DNA of 64,000 nt from positions 2,800-66,799 of the forward strand of contig VGET01000001.1 in assembly GCA_016869195.1 (NCBI GenBank), in the 5' to 3' direction. Made by a program: the position numbers and the translations under genes. Below are positions 29,734 through 39,773 of the stretch, one piece after another; positions within the stretch are counted from its first letter, which is position 1, and each line of letters begins with the position of its first letter. Under the pieces are notes generated by a model. The model saw only the letters and a program-made list of their open reading frames with translations, had not been told where the DNA came from and did not search any database. This DNA is from Alphaproteobacteria bacterium (GTDB lineage: Bacteria; Pseudomonadota; Alphaproteobacteria; UBA828).

Positions 29734-30225
29734 ATGCCGCAGATGAATTCCGACGACTGGCCGACCCAGATCGCCTGGCTGATCGTCACCTTTGCCGCGC
29801 TTTTGATCGTGATGTGGGCGTTCGCGCTGCCGCGCGTGCGCCGCGTGCTCGATCGGCGTCGCGAGCGCATTTCGTCCGACCTGTCGCGGGCCGAGGCCTT
29901 GAAGGCCGAGGCCGAAGGCGCGCTCAAGGCCTATCAGGCAGCGCTCGCCGACGCCCGCGCCAAGGCGCAGGCGCTCTTGGCCGAGACCCAGGCCCGGCTC
30001 GACAAGGAAGCGGCCGAAAGCCGCGCGCGCCTCGATGCGGAGCTCGCCGCCAAGTCGGCCGAGGCCGAGGCCCGCATCCGCCGCGCCCGCGACGAGGTGA
30101 TGGCGAATCTCAAGGACGTTGCTGCCGATGCGGCGCGCGACGTGACGCGGCGTCTGATCGGCATCGAGCCCGATCGCGCGACTGTCGATGCCGCGGTCAG
30201 CCGCGCCATCGCCGGGCGCAATTGA
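29734..30225 (+). CDS. atpF2: F0F1 ATP synthase subunit b'.
   Basis: It has an N-terminal TM segment and a long Ala/Glu/Arg-rich coiled coil, and is the second b-type gene in the operon. Confidence 0.8.
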   Translation: MPQMNSDDWPTQIAWLIVTFAALLIVMWAFALPRVRRVLDRRRERISSDLSRAEALKAEAEGALKAYQAALADARAKAQALLAETQARLDKEAAESRARLDAELAAKSAEAEARIRRARDEVMANLKDVAADAARDVTRRLIGIEPDRATVDAAVSRAIAGRN

Positions 30226-30244
30226 AGCGCGAGGGAGCGCAGCC

Positions 30245-30817
30245 ATGTTGAAGAAGGCGACGCGCAGCTGGCGCTTCTGGGTCTTCATCGCGTTCTGCGC
30301 GCTCGCGGCCGTGCTCGGCGGCATCGCGACGGAAGACGTCGAGAACGCCAATATCTGGATCCTCGCGGCCTTCATCTGCTTCATCCTGGTATTCGGCACC
30401 ATGGCCTATGGCCGGGTGATCGCGACGCTGGATGGCCGGGCCGAGCGCATCAAGCGCGAGCTGGACGAGGCCCAGAAGCTGCGCGAGGACGCCCAGGCGC
30501 TGCTCGATGACTATAAGTCGAAGCGGGCCCAGGCCGAGGCCGATGCGCTCAGGATGGTCGAGCATGCCCAGGTCGAGGCCGAGCGGCGCGCCCAGGCCGG
30601 CAAGCGCGAGCTCGAGGCCGCTATGGAGCGGCGGGCGCAGATGGCGCTGCAGCGGATCTCGCTCGCCGAGGCCGATGCCCTACGCGAGGTGCGCGCTGCC
30701 GCGGGCTCGCTCGCGGTGCGGGCCGCCGGCCGCCTGATCGCCGAGAGCATGGGCGCGGATCGCGCCGAGGCGCTGGTGCAGGAATCGATCCGCCAGGTGC
30801 AGCAGAAGCTGCACTAG
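30245..30817 (+). CDS. atpF: F0F1 ATP synthase subunit b.
   Basis: It has an N-terminal TM segment and a coiled coil. The start is at MLKKAT. Confidence 0.8.
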   Translation: MLKKATRSWRFWVFIAFCALAAVLGGIATEDVENANIWILAAFICFILVFGTMAYGRVIATLDGRAERIKRELDEAQKLREDAQALLDDYKSKRAQAEADALRMVEHAQVEAERRAQAGKRELEAAMERRAQMALQRISLAEADALREVRAAAGSLAVRAAGRLIAESMGADRAEALVQESIRQVQQKLH

Positions 30818-30890
30818 GCGGTCTATCCACGATGAAGCGCCCCTACTCCCTTATCGGGAGGAAGGGACTGGGATGGAGGGTAACCCCTCA

Positions 30891-30914
30891 AAGCGGCCGC
30901 AAGGCCGCTTTTTC
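30891..30914 (+). terminator. Rho-independent terminator after atpF.
   Basis: GCGGCC-gcaa-GGCCGC hairpin followed by TTTTT. Confidence 0.6.
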
Positions 30915-31008
30915 GTTACACGGTCTCTGCCAGTCGGTTGCGCTATCATGAGCGAATGACGGCTACGCCGCCCAATACGTACCGCCTCTGGACGGAGCTC
31001 GGCCTACC

Positions 31009-32805
31009 GTGACCCGGCTCGACGACGGCAAGGGCAAGCCATCGCAAAGCGCCTGGCCGATCTTCAAGCGCCTCATGCGCGAGCATGTGCGCCCGCACCT
31101 CGGCAAGCTCGCGCTCGCCGCGTTGTGCATGATCGTCGCCGCAGCTGCGACCGCGCTCACCGCACAGGTGATCGAGCCCGCGCTCGATGAGGTCTTCATC
31201 GCGCGCGATCGAGAGATGCTGATCTGGATTCCGCTCGCCGCGCTCGCCATCGCGATCGCGCGCGGCCTCGCGAGTTACGGCCAGGCGGTGCTGATGTCCT
31301 GGGTCGGGCAGCGCATCATCGCCGATTTGCAGATCAAGGTATTCGCCCACCTGATGCGGCTCGAGCTTGCCTTTTTCCACGACACCGCGTCCGGCAAGCT
31401 GATCTCGCGGCTCACCAACGACGTGAACGCGATGCGGGGCGCCGTGTCGAACGCGCTCACCAGCATGGTGAAGGATATCTTCACCCTGCTCTTCCTGGCC
31501 GGCGTGATGATCGAGAAGGACTGGAAGCTCTCGCTCATCGCCTGCGTGCTGTTTCCGGTCGCGGCCTATCCAATCATGCGCATCGGGCGGCGCATGCGCA
31601 AAGTGTCGAAACAGGCCTTTGCCGAACTCGGCGTCTACACCGCGCGGCTGAACGAGGCGTTTCAGAGCACGCGCCACGTCAAGGCCTATGGTCGGGAAGA
31701 CTTCGAGTCAGCGCGCACGGCCAAGCTCACCGAGAGCGTCTTTCGCCTGATCTTCAAGGCGCTGCGCGTGCGCGCCGGTTCGGCGCCGATCATGGAGACA
31801 CTCGGCGCGCTGTTCATCGCCGCAATCATCGGCTATGGCGGCCTTCAGGTGATCGACGGCACGCTGACCGCGGGCGCGTTCTTCGCCTTCATGACCGCCG
31901 TGCTCTTGGCCTATCAACCGCTGAAATCGATCGCCACCCTCAACATGAACCTGCAGGAGGGGCTGGCCGCCGCCGAGCGCGTGTTCGACCTGATCGATAC
32001 CGAGGCCACGATCAAGAATCGGCCGAATGCAAAACCGCTGGCCCGGCGTGGGGGTTCGATTTCGCTTCGCGATGTCACGTTTTCCTACGGCTCAGGCAAA
32101 GGGGCGCTGCATCAGCTGAGCCTCGAGGTGCCGGAAGGACGTACCGCGGCGCTGGTGGGGGCCTCGGGCGCGGGCAAATCGACCGTGCTCAATTTGATCC
32201 CTCGCTTCTACGACGTTGATGGAGGCGCGGTGCTGATCGGCGGCACAGACGTGCGCGACCTGACGCTGGAATCGCTCCGCGCACAGATCGCCCTGGTGAG
32301 CCAGGAGGCCGTGCTGTTTGACGACACAGTGCGTGCCAACATCGCCTATGGGCGGCTCGAGGCGAGCACCGCGGAGATCGAGGCGGCAGCGCGCGCGGCG
32401 GATGCGCACGAGTTCATCGCGCACCTGACCAACGGCTACGACACCGTGATCGGCGAGCACGGCGTCAAGCTCTCGGGCGGACAGCGCCAGCGAGTTCTCA
32501 TCGCGCGCGCCATGCTGAAGGACGCCCCGATCCTCTTGCTCGATGAGGCGACCTCGGCGCTCGACAGCGAGAGCGAGCGTCAGGTGCAGGTGGCGCTCCA
32601 GGTCCTGATGAAGGGCCGCACCACGCTCGTGATCGCCCACCGGCTCTCGACCGTGCAGGACGCCGATGTGATCTTCGTGCTCGACGAAGGCCGTGTCATC
32701 GAATCGGGCACGAACGCCGAGCTTCTGGCGCACGGCGGCGCGTATGCGCGCTTCCACGCGCTGCAATTCGACACCACGCCTGAGGCCCGAGCGGGAACAG
32801 CTTGA
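31009..32805 (+). CDS. msbA: ABC transporter ATP-binding/permease protein (MsbA-like lipid A flippase).
   Basis: Six TM helices precede an NBD (GASGAGKST, LSGGQRQR, LLLDEATSALD). It is adjacent to the lpxXL cluster, as in Rhizobium. Confidence 0.7.
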   Translation: MTRLDDGKGKPSQSAWPIFKRLMREHVRPHLGKLALAALCMIVAAAATALTAQVIEPALDEVFIARDREMLIWIPLAALAIAIARGLASYGQAVLMSWVGQRIIADLQIKVFAHLMRLELAFFHDTASGKLISRLTNDVNAMRGAVSNALTSMVKDIFTLLFLAGVMIEKDWKLSLIACVLFPVAAYPIMRIGRRMRKVSKQAFAELGVYTARLNEAFQSTRHVKAYGREDFESARTAKLTESVFRLIFKALRVRAGSAPIMETLGALFIAAIIGYGGLQVIDGTLTAGAFFAFMTAVLLAYQPLKSIATLNMNLQEGLAAAERVFDLIDTEATIKNRPNAKPLARRGGSISLRDVTFSYGSGKGALHQLSLEVPEGRTAALVGASGAGKSTVLNLIPRFYDVDGGAVLIGGTDVRDLTLESLRAQIALVSQEAVLFDDTVRANIAYGRLEASTAEIEAAARAADAHEFIAHLTNGYDTVIGEHGVKLSGGQRQRVLIARAMLKDAPILLLDEATSALDSESERQVQVALQVLMKGRTTLVIAHRLSTVQDADVIFVLDEGRVIESGTNAELLAHGGAYARFHALQFDTTPEARAGTA

Positions 32806-32818
32806 TACCAGACGCGTG

Positions 32819-33757
32819 CTATGCCGCGCGATCGGCCGGGATTGGGCGCCAGCGCCGATGCATCCAGAGCCACTGCTCGGGATACTCCCGCACCCAGGAT
32901 TCGACCACCGCCGTCATCGCCGTCATCGCGCCAGTAACGTCGATCCTGCCCTCCGCATCGCGCGGCAGATCGAGCGGCGGGGTCAATTCGATCCTGAAGC
33001 GATGACCGGGCAGGCGAATCACACGCGCGCCATGGACCGGGCAGTCGAAGCGGCGCGCCAGCTTGGCGAGCAGCGGATTGGTCAGCGCCGGCCGGCCCAT
33101 GAACGGCGTCACCACCCCGCGTGAAAGATGCTGATCGATCAGCGCACCGACATGGCCGCCGCGCTCGAGAATGCCCTGAAGCGCGAACACCATGCCGGGG
33201 CGCGACGCCTCGAGTCCACCCATCGTCTTGCCGCGAATCTCAGCAACTACGCGGGCTGCAACCAGGTCATTCGGTGCGCGAAACACGGCGGTGGTGTCGA
33301 GCCCATAACGCTGGGCGATGATGGCCGGCAGCTCCCAGTTGGCGAGATGCGCCGAGAAGATGATCGCGGGGCGGCCGTCATCCCGAAGCGAGAGGAAATG
33401 CTCGACGCCTGAAACCTCGACCCGCCGATCCGGCCTCGGATCGTCGGGGTCATAGTCGATCAGCTGGTCGAGATGCGGATATTCGAACGCGGTGCGGCCA
33501 AGATTGTCCCACGCGCCAAGAGCGAGCTGCCTGATCTCGCGCTCGCTCTTCTCCGGGTAGGCGGCCTTGAGATTCGTGATCGCCTTGCGATGGACCGGCA
33601 TGAACGGCCCGAGCGTACGCGCCAGAAAGCCGCCGAGATCGGCCGAGCGATTGGGACCAATGAGGCGCGCGAAGGCGAAGAACCCACGGATCAGGGTGAT
33701 CATGACGACGCCCAGCGCGATCGAGCCCGGCCCCGGCTTCTTGCGTCGTGCGGCCAT
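32819..33757 (-). CDS. lpxXL: Lipid A biosynthesis acyltransferase (LpxL/HtrB family), the probable very-long-chain acyltransferase LpxXL.
   Basis: It has an HtrB-family fold with the H(X4)D-type motif region (SAHLANWE), and it terminates the acpXL cluster. Confidence 0.65.
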   Translation of the reverse strand: MAARRKKPGPGSIALGVVMITLIRGFFAFARLIGPNRSADLGGFLARTLGPFMPVHRKAITNLKAAYPEKSEREIRQLALGAWDNLGRTAFEYPHLDQLIDYDPDDPRPDRRVEVSGVEHFLSLRDDGRPAIIFSAHLANWELPAIIAQRYGLDTTAVFRAPNDLVAARVVAEIRGKTMGGLEASRPGMVFALQGILERGGHVGALIDQHLSRGVVTPFMGRPALTNPLLAKLARRFDCPVHGARVIRLPGHRFRIELTPPLDLPRDAEGRIDVTGAMTAMTAVVESWVREYPEQWLWMHRRWRPIPADRAA

Positions 33758-33758
33758 G

Positions 33759-34847
33759 CTAGAGCGTGAGGATCACTTTGCCGAAGACTTGGCGCCCCTC
33801 GAGCCGCGCGATCCCCTCTTCAAAGCGCTCGAGCGGAAACACCGAATCGATCACCGGTGTCATGCCGGCCGCCATCTTGTCGAGCGACTCTCTGATGTTG
33901 CGCATCGAGCAGCCGAACGAGCCGAAGATCCGGTATTGCTGCTGAAACAGCTGCATCAGGTTCATCGTGGTCGAGACGCCACTGGTCGAGCCGCAGGTGA
34001 CCAGGCGCCCGCCCTTCCTGAGGCAGAGCAGCGAGCCATTCCAGGTTTCCGTGCCGACATGCTCGAACACAACGTCGACGCCCTTGCGCTTGGTCAGGCG
34101 CCTGACCTCGCCCTCGAAGCGCTCGGTTCGATAGTTGATCACATGGTCGGCGCCGAGCGCTTTCGCCTTCTCGGCCTTGGCGTCGTCGCCGACCGTCGTG
34201 TAGATCGTGCAGCCCAGCGCCTTCGCCATCTTGATCGCGGCGGTGCCGATGCCGGAGCCGCCGGCATGGATCAGGATCGATTCGCCGGGCTCGAGCTTGG
34301 CGTTGTCGAACAGCATATGTTGCACGGTGCCGAAGCCGATCGGCGCGCTGGCCGCATGTTCGAGCGAGACCGCGTGCGGCACGGGCACGGTGAGCCGCGC
34401 CGGCCGATTGAGCCGCTCACGGCCATAACCATCCACGTGAAAACCGAGGATGCCGCCGACGTTCTCGCACAGATTGTCGCGGCCCTCCGAGCAGGCGCGG
34501 CAGGTGCCGCAGGTTTCCGCGCCATACATGGTGACCTTCTGGCCGAGCGTGAACTGCGTCACGCCCGCGCCGAGCGCGGCCACCTCGCCCGCCGCCTCGA
34601 CGCCGACGATCTGCGGCAGCTTCCTCTTCGCAAACGCCATGCCGCGAAAACCCCAGACATCGAGGTAATTGAGCGCGAGCGCGCGCACGCGCACCTGCAC
34701 CTCGCCCGCCGCTGGTGCGGGCGGGTCAGCGACCTCCTCGAGTCGAACGTCGCGATTGCCATGGAGCACCATGGCGCGCATCAGCGACGCTCCCGAAGAA
34801 CGACCACGCTCACCGGTGGATGCCGAGCTGCGCGGTGAGCGCGCCAT
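33759..34847 (-). CDS. Zinc-binding alcohol dehydrogenase / MDR-family oxidoreductase (adhA2XL-like).
   Basis: It has GroES-like and Rossmann domains, a structural-zinc Cys cluster (CGTCRACSEGRDNLC) and a GGSGIG nucleotide-binding motif. Confidence 0.6.
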   Translation of the reverse strand: MARSPRSSASTGERGRSSGASLMRAMVLHGNRDVRLEEVADPPAPAAGEVQVRVRALALNYLDVWGFRGMAFAKRKLPQIVGVEAAGEVAALGAGVTQFTLGQKVTMYGAETCGTCRACSEGRDNLCENVGGILGFHVDGYGRERLNRPARLTVPVPHAVSLEHAASAPIGFGTVQHMLFDNAKLEPGESILIHAGGSGIGTAAIKMAKALGCTIYTTVGDDAKAEKAKALGADHVINYRTERFEGEVRRLTKRKGVDVVFEHVGTETWNGSLLCLRKGGRLVTCGSTSGVSTTMNLMQLFQQQYRIFGSFGCSMRNIRESLDKMAAGMTPVIDSVFPLERFEEGIARLEGRQVFGKVILTL

Positions 34848-35574
34848 CGACCGGCAGCACCGCCCCGCTCACATAGCCGGCGGACGGCGACATCAAATAG
34901 GCGACGAGCCCCGCAATCTCGCCAGGTTGCGCGAAGCGGCCGAGCGGAATCTGCTCCTCCATGCGCGCGCGATGCGCGGCGTAGGGCGCCATCATGTCGG
35001 TGTCGATGAAGCCCGGAGCCACGACATTGACGGTTACGCCGCGCTTCGCGGTCTCGACCGCGAGCGTCCGGCAATAAGAGATCAGCGCACCCTTGGACGC
35101 CGCGTATGCCGCATTGCCGGCGGTCGCCTGAAGCGCCGCGACCGAGCCGATCGCCACGATCCGCCCGCGGCGCGCGCGGATCATGCCGCGCACCACGCTC
35201 TTGGCGAGCCGCGTGAACGACCAGAAATTGACCTGCATCGCCGCCGCGGCCTTGTCCTGCGCCAGCATCGCGGCAAGCGCGTCATAGGGCTGGCCGGCAT
35301 TGTGCACGAAGCCGAAATACTCCTCGCGCTCGAGCGCCGTGGCGAAGACCTCGACCGCCGCACGATCGGCGAGGTCGAGCGCCTGTGCCGTGACCCGGCG
35401 TGAAGGGGCGACCGTGGTCAGTTCTTTTTTCAGCGACTCTGCCTCCGTGGTCGCGCTGCGAAAGGTGAAATCGACATCGCAGCCGGCCTCGGCCAACGCG
35501 CGCACGATGGCGGCGCCGAGCCCGCGCCCGCCGCCCGTGACGAGGACGCGCCGAGTCCCTCCGCCTGTTGTCAC
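34810..35574 (-). CDS. SDR-family oxidoreductase (FabG-like 3-oxoacyl-ACP reductase).
   Basis: TGGGRGLG nucleotide-binding motif and the catalytic YAASK motif. Confidence 0.65.
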   Translation of the reverse strand: MTTGGGTRRVLVTGGGRGLGAAIVRALAEAGCDVDFTFRSATTEAESLKKELTTVAPSRRVTAQALDLADRAAVEVFATALEREEYFGFVHNAGQPYDALAAMLAQDKAAAAMQVNFWSFTRLAKSVVRGMIRARRGRIVAIGSVAALQATAGNAAYAASKGALISYCRTLAVETAKRGVTVNVVAPGFIDTDMMAPYAAHRARMEEQIPLGRFAQPGEIAGLVAYLMSPSAGYVSGAVLPVDGALTAQLGIHR

Positions 35575-36851
35575 GAAACCGGCTCCGCCGTGAACACGAG
35601 ACAGGTGTTCTGACCACCGAAGCCGAATGAGTTCGACAACACCGCGCGCACCTTGGCGTCGCGCGCAACATTGGGCACGACGTCGAGCTCGATCGCGGGG
35701 TCAGGCAGTTTGTAGTTGATGGTCGGCGGCAGGCGACCATGCGCGATCGTGAGCAGCGAGAACACGGCCTCAACCGCGCCCGCCGCGGTCAAGGTGTGCC
35801 CGACCATCGACTTGTTGGATGATATGGGCAGGCGGCTCATGCGCTCGCCAAAGACTGCGCGACAGCTCATGCACTCCATCTTGTCGTTCTCGGGCGTCGA
35901 GGTGCCATGCGCGTTGATGTAGTCGATCTGATCCGGCACGAGGCCGGCATCGACGATCGCCGCCTGCATGGCGAGGATCGCGGGCCTGCCGTCGGGGCTC
36001 GAGCGCGTGCGGTGGAAGCCATCACCCTTCTCGCCGCAGCCCGCGACGATGCCGATGATCGCGGCGCCGCGCGCAAGCGCGTGGTCGTAGTCTTCGAGCA
36101 CGAGCGCGCCCGCGCCTTCGCCCATGACGAAACCGTCGCGGTTTTTCGAGAACGGCTTGGCGGCCTCCTGCGGCGGATCGTTCTGGGTCGAGAGCGCGGA
36201 GAGGAGCGAGAAGCGAATCAGGGATTCGGCCTGCACCGAGCCGTCCGTGCCGATCGCGAGCGCGACTTGCGTCTCACCCCGGCGAATCGCCTCGACGCCG
36301 AGCTGAATGGCGGTCGCGCCCGACGAGCAGGCGGTCGAGAGCGAGATCGGCGACCCCTTGGTGCCGAAGCGCTCGGCCGTGCGCTCGGCGACGCCGCCAA
36401 ACATGAAACGGTCGTGGATGACGTGGAAGCGGCCGCTCTCGGCTGCCGCCAGCATCGCGTCGTAATCGGCCGGCTCTCGGCCAGAGGCCTTGGCGAGAGC
36501 AAGCCGGTCGGGCCACTCAACCTCGACCGGTGGCACCGCCATGAAGAGCTCGCCCGGGAAATCACCCTTGCGCCCGAGGCCGCTCATCGTGATCGCTTCA
36601 TCGGCCGCGAGCGTCGCGAGCTGCTCCGAGAGCTCCGGCGACGAGCCATCGCCCCGTGGCAGAAAGTCGACCGTCCCCGCGACCGTGGTGCGGAGACCGA
36701 CCGTCGAAAACCGGTTGATCGCGTGAACGCCCGAGCGCCCGGCGGTGAGCCCTTTCCAATTGTCGTCCCGCCCCTGGCCGAGCGAGGTGACGATGCCAAG
36801 GCCGGTCACCGCCACCACGGGGCGCCCAAATTTGTCGCGATGCGTTGACAT
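35571..36851 (-). CDS. fabF: Beta-ketoacyl-ACP synthase II (fabF1XL-like).
   Basis: It has a KAS fold with active-site Cys (TACSSG), His (HGTST) and a GHTLTAAGAVE motif. The start is at MSTHRDKF. Confidence 0.75.
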   Translation of the reverse strand: MSTHRDKFGRPVVAVTGLGIVTSLGQGRDDNWKGLTAGRSGVHAINRFSTVGLRTTVAGTVDFLPRGDGSSPELSEQLATLAADEAITMSGLGRKGDFPGELFMAVPPVEVEWPDRLALAKASGREPADYDAMLAAAESGRFHVIHDRFMFGGVAERTAERFGTKGSPISLSTACSSGATAIQLGVEAIRRGETQVALAIGTDGSVQAESLIRFSLLSALSTQNDPPQEAAKPFSKNRDGFVMGEGAGALVLEDYDHALARGAAIIGIVAGCGEKGDGFHRTRSSPDGRPAILAMQAAIVDAGLVPDQIDYINAHGTSTPENDKMECMSCRAVFGERMSRLPISSNKSMVGHTLTAAGAVEAVFSLLTIAHGRLPPTINYKLPDPAIELDVVPNVARDAKVRAVLSNSFGFGGQNTCLVFTAEPVS

Positions 36852-36868
36852 CTGACCGTCCTTTCGCC

Positions 36869-38011
36869 TCAGCGTCCAGGCGCGATCAACTTGGCCGCGC
36901 CCTCGCCGCGCCAATGACCGGCGCCGGTGACCAGCGCCTCCTTGGCATCGCCGGCATCGATCATCGCCGCCGCCAGCGCCACCGCCGCCGGGAAAGCGGC
37001 TTCCATGGCGTGGCCGAGCACATCGCCGCTGGCATGGATCGGCGCGTGGGCCAGCGCATCCGCAGCGGCCTCGCGTTCCTCACCGCTCCAGGGCGCGACG
37101 CCGCTCGCCGCCGAGAGCCCGAGACTGTTCGCGCCGAAGCTGCCGAGCGCACCGATCAGGCGCCGAAACTCCGAGGCGACCGCGCCTTGCTCACGCCGCG
37201 CGCGCCCGGCCCGCACGCCCGCAATTTCGGCCCTCACGCGCGCGCCCCGCTTGGCCGCAAGCTCGGCCGCCTCCAGCAGCAAGAAAGCGCCGACGCTCCC
37301 GGTAATCATGCCGCCACGCTCCGGCGCAAACACCGGCGCGAAGCTCGGCTCCTTGCGCAGATTGCCGCCCGCGGCCAGCAACAGGAGCATGTCGCGCCGC
37401 TCGGCATTGTAGGCCGCGCCGACCAGGATCGTATCGGATTGGCCGGAGGCGATGCGGCCCACCGCGAGGCGCAGCGCATCGACGCCGGCCTGTTCCTCGC
37501 CCATGAAACTGCACGACCCGCCGGTGACGCCGTGCACGATGGAAATATTGCCAGCCAGAAGATTCGGTAATTGGGCGAGAAAGAGAGTCGGCCGCAGATC
37601 CTTCATCAGGCGCTCGTTGAGAAACGCCGCCGGGTCGGCCGCCGTGCGCAGGCCGTTGACGATGGCGTCGTCTACCTGGTGATCGCGCTCGCCGCCCCCC
37701 GCCGCGACGAACATCTCGAGCCTGTCGAGCGCCGCCGCGTCGCCCTTGAGCCCGGCGTCGTCGAGCGCCAGGCCCGCGGCATAGACGCCGATGCGCTGCC
37801 ACGGCTCCATCTGGCGCTGATCGCTCTTCTTCGGAATCTGCTTCTCAAGCTCGAGCGGCGCCATCACGTGCACCGGGTAGGGTGCGAAGGCCTGGGTGTC
37901 GACCACGGGAGGCGCCCCGCTCTTGAGCGCCGCACGATGAGGCTCGACGCCTTCGCCCAGGCTCGAAACGAGCCCGATGCCGGTGATCGCGACGCGGTGC
38001 AAGGAGGCCAT
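36869..38011 (-). CDS. Divergent beta-ketoacyl synthase-like protein (fabF2XL-like).
   Basis: It has a KAS-like N-terminus (VAITGIGLVSSLG) and a GSCSF region. The C-terminal GHAMEAA region resembles the second His motif, but I did not see a canonical HGT motif by eye. Confidence 0.5.
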   Translation of the reverse strand: MASLHRVAITGIGLVSSLGEGVEPHRAALKSGAPPVVDTQAFAPYPVHVMAPLELEKQIPKKSDQRQMEPWQRIGVYAAGLALDDAGLKGDAAALDRLEMFVAAGGGERDHQVDDAIVNGLRTAADPAAFLNERLMKDLRPTLFLAQLPNLLAGNISIVHGVTGGSCSFMGEEQAGVDALRLAVGRIASGQSDTILVGAAYNAERRDMLLLLAAGGNLRKEPSFAPVFAPERGGMITGSVGAFLLLEAAELAAKRGARVRAEIAGVRAGRARREQGAVASEFRRLIGALGSFGANSLGLSAASGVAPWSGEEREAAADALAHAPIHASGDVLGHAMEAAFPAAVALAAAMIDAGDAKEALVTGAGHWRGEGAAKLIAPGR

Positions 38012-38023
38012 GAGCGTCGAGCC

Positions 38024-38485
38024 TCAGGCCGCGACCGGCGTCAGGCCGATCGCCGCGATCCGGCTCTTCATCAGGGCTTCGAGCGCCGCCGGAAATGGCA
38101 TCAGACGAAAACGCAGCTCGGCATTGGCGATTTCTTTGCCCTCGCTCAGGATTGCCGCCTTGGTCGCGCTATAGCCCGAGCCCTCGACGGCAAGCGTGGC
38201 GCTCGCTTCCAGCCGTGCGCCGGGCTCGACAAACGCCCTGAACCGCGCGGCATCGACGGCCATCAGGAACGGCATCTTGGTGAGCCCGTTCAGCGCGAGG
38301 ATGAGGTAGCCGGAGGCTTGGGCCATCACCTCGGTCAATAGCACACCGGGCACCAGCGGATGGCCCGGAAAATGCCCTTCGAACACCGGGCTCGACAGCG
38401 GCACGGTGGCCTCCGCCTTGATCGAACGCGCGGTGGCGTCGAAGGCCGCCACCCGATCGATCATCTCGAAATACTCGAGCCTCAT
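38024..38485 (-). CDS. fabZ: FabZ/FabA-family hot-dog dehydratase (fabZXL-like).
   Basis: ..HFPGHPLVPGVLLTEVMAQ.. is a hot-dog-fold active-site region. Confidence 0.7.
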   Translation of the reverse strand: MRLEYFEMIDRVAAFDATARSIKAEATVPLSSPVFEGHFPGHPLVPGVLLTEVMAQASGYLILALNGLTKMPFLMAVDAARFRAFVEPGARLEASATLAVEGSGYSATKAAILSEGKEIANAELRFRLMPFPAALEALMKSRIAAIGLTPVAA

Positions 38486-38522
38486 CGAGGGGGCCGCCCC
38501 CACGCCTCGCCCGGACGAGGCC

Positions 38523-38858
38523 TCAAGACGCCTTCGCCGCGATCAGCCCGTCGATCCGCTCGCACAGATTGCGCATGACGAAATACTGCTCGGCCGGCGC
38601 CTTGCCGCTGTTGACCTCCTCGGTCCACTGCTCGAGCGGCAGGGTAATGCCACAGGCCTTGTCGATCGCGAAGGCGATATCGAGGAAGGCGAGCGAATCG
38701 ATGCCCAGATCCTCGATCGCGTGGCTATCGGGCGTGATCTTCTCGAGCGGGGTGTCACACACCTCGGAGATGATGTTGGCGACGGTTTCGAAGGTGGACG
38801 ACATGGCTATTTGGGACGCTCCCGATCGGCGTTCGGCTGTCGCACGGGCACGGCACAA
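38523..38858 (-). CDS. acpXL: Acyl carrier protein for very-long-chain fatty acid synthesis (AcpXL).
   Basis: It is an acidic protein of about 100 aa with the phosphopantetheine-attachment motif [10 protein letters not shown], and it heads the fab/lpx cluster. Confidence 0.75.
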   Translation of the reverse strand: MCRARATAERRSGASQIAMSSTFETVANIISEVCDTPLEKITPDSHAIEDLGIDSLAFLDIAFAIDKACGITLPLEQWTEEVNSGKAPAEQYFVMRNLCERIDGLIAAKAS

Positions 38859-39033
38859 CTTGCCCGGACGCCCTTAGCATCGAGCCTGATACCCCTAGAA
38901 TCTCCATGCGCGAAGCCAAGGTCAAGCCGAATTGGCTAGGCGGAACTCGGGGGCTCGCATGCGGGGCCAATGGGCCGTGGTTTCGCCCAGCAGGCTCGAC
39001 TAACCTGCCGCCGGGTCGAGGGAGGGAGCCATC

Positions 39034-39750
39034 ATGAGTCTCAAGAACGCAACCGTCGTGGTGCTGGGCGGGTCATCGGGCATCGGGCTGGCGACGGCCC
39101 AGGCCGCGCAGGCGGAGGGCGCCGAGGTGATCGTCACGGGGCGGGACGAGGCGCGCCTCAAAGCCGCCCGTGCGTCGCTCGGGCCGGCGGCCCGCACGGT
39201 CAAGCTCGATGCCGGCGATGAAGCGGGCACGCGTGACCTGTTCGCCGGCCTCGCGAAGGTCGACCACGTGTTCATCACGGCGGGCACGCTCGTGAAGGAC
39301 CCGCGCCTTGCGCCCGACAGAGCGACTCTCAACCCCGCCCTCGACGTGCGCTTCTGGGGCGCGGCCTATGCCGCCAAATACGCGGCCCCAAAGATGCCAG
39401 CCGGCGGCTCGATCGTCTTCATGTCGGGTACGGCGGCGGTGCGGCCGATCCTCGGCGCCGCGGTCGCAACGGCGAGCTGTGCCGCGGTCGAGGCCTTCGC
39501 GCGCGCTCTCGCCGTCGACCTCGCGCCGATCCGGGTGAACGTGATTCAGCCGGGTTTTGTCGACACGCCGCTCCTGGATGGGCTGCTCGGCAATCGCAAG
39601 GCCGATGTGTTGGCGAGCGTCGCCGCCAAGCTGCCGGCGAAACGGATCGGCCGCTCCGAGGAGGTGGCCGAGGCCGTGCTGTTCCTCATGAAGAACGGCT
39701 ATGTCACCGGCGTGACCCTGACCATCGACGGCGGCGGGCTCCTGGTCTGA
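39034..39750 (+). CDS. SDR-family oxidoreductase.
   Basis: GGSSGIG nucleotide-binding motif with a Rossmann layout. Confidence 0.6.
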   Translation: MSLKNATVVVLGGSSGIGLATAQAAQAEGAEVIVTGRDEARLKAARASLGPAARTVKLDAGDEAGTRDLFAGLAKVDHVFITAGTLVKDPRLAPDRATLNPALDVRFWGAAYAAKYAAPKMPAGGSIVFMSGTAAVRPILGAAVATASCAAVEAFARALAVDLAPIRVNVIQPGFVDTPLLDGLLGNRKADVLASVAAKLPAKRIGRSEEVAEAVLFLMKNGYVTGVTLTIDGGGLLV

Positions 39751-39773
39751 CGGAGCGCTGTGGAAACACCAAG

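Noticed and set aside
29669-29734. A GCCGGC-agcttg-GCCGGC hairpin between atpE and atpF'.
   Set aside because: No T-tract follows and the genes are co-transcribed in all known alphaproteobacterial atp operons, so it is at most an mRNA structural element and not a terminator.
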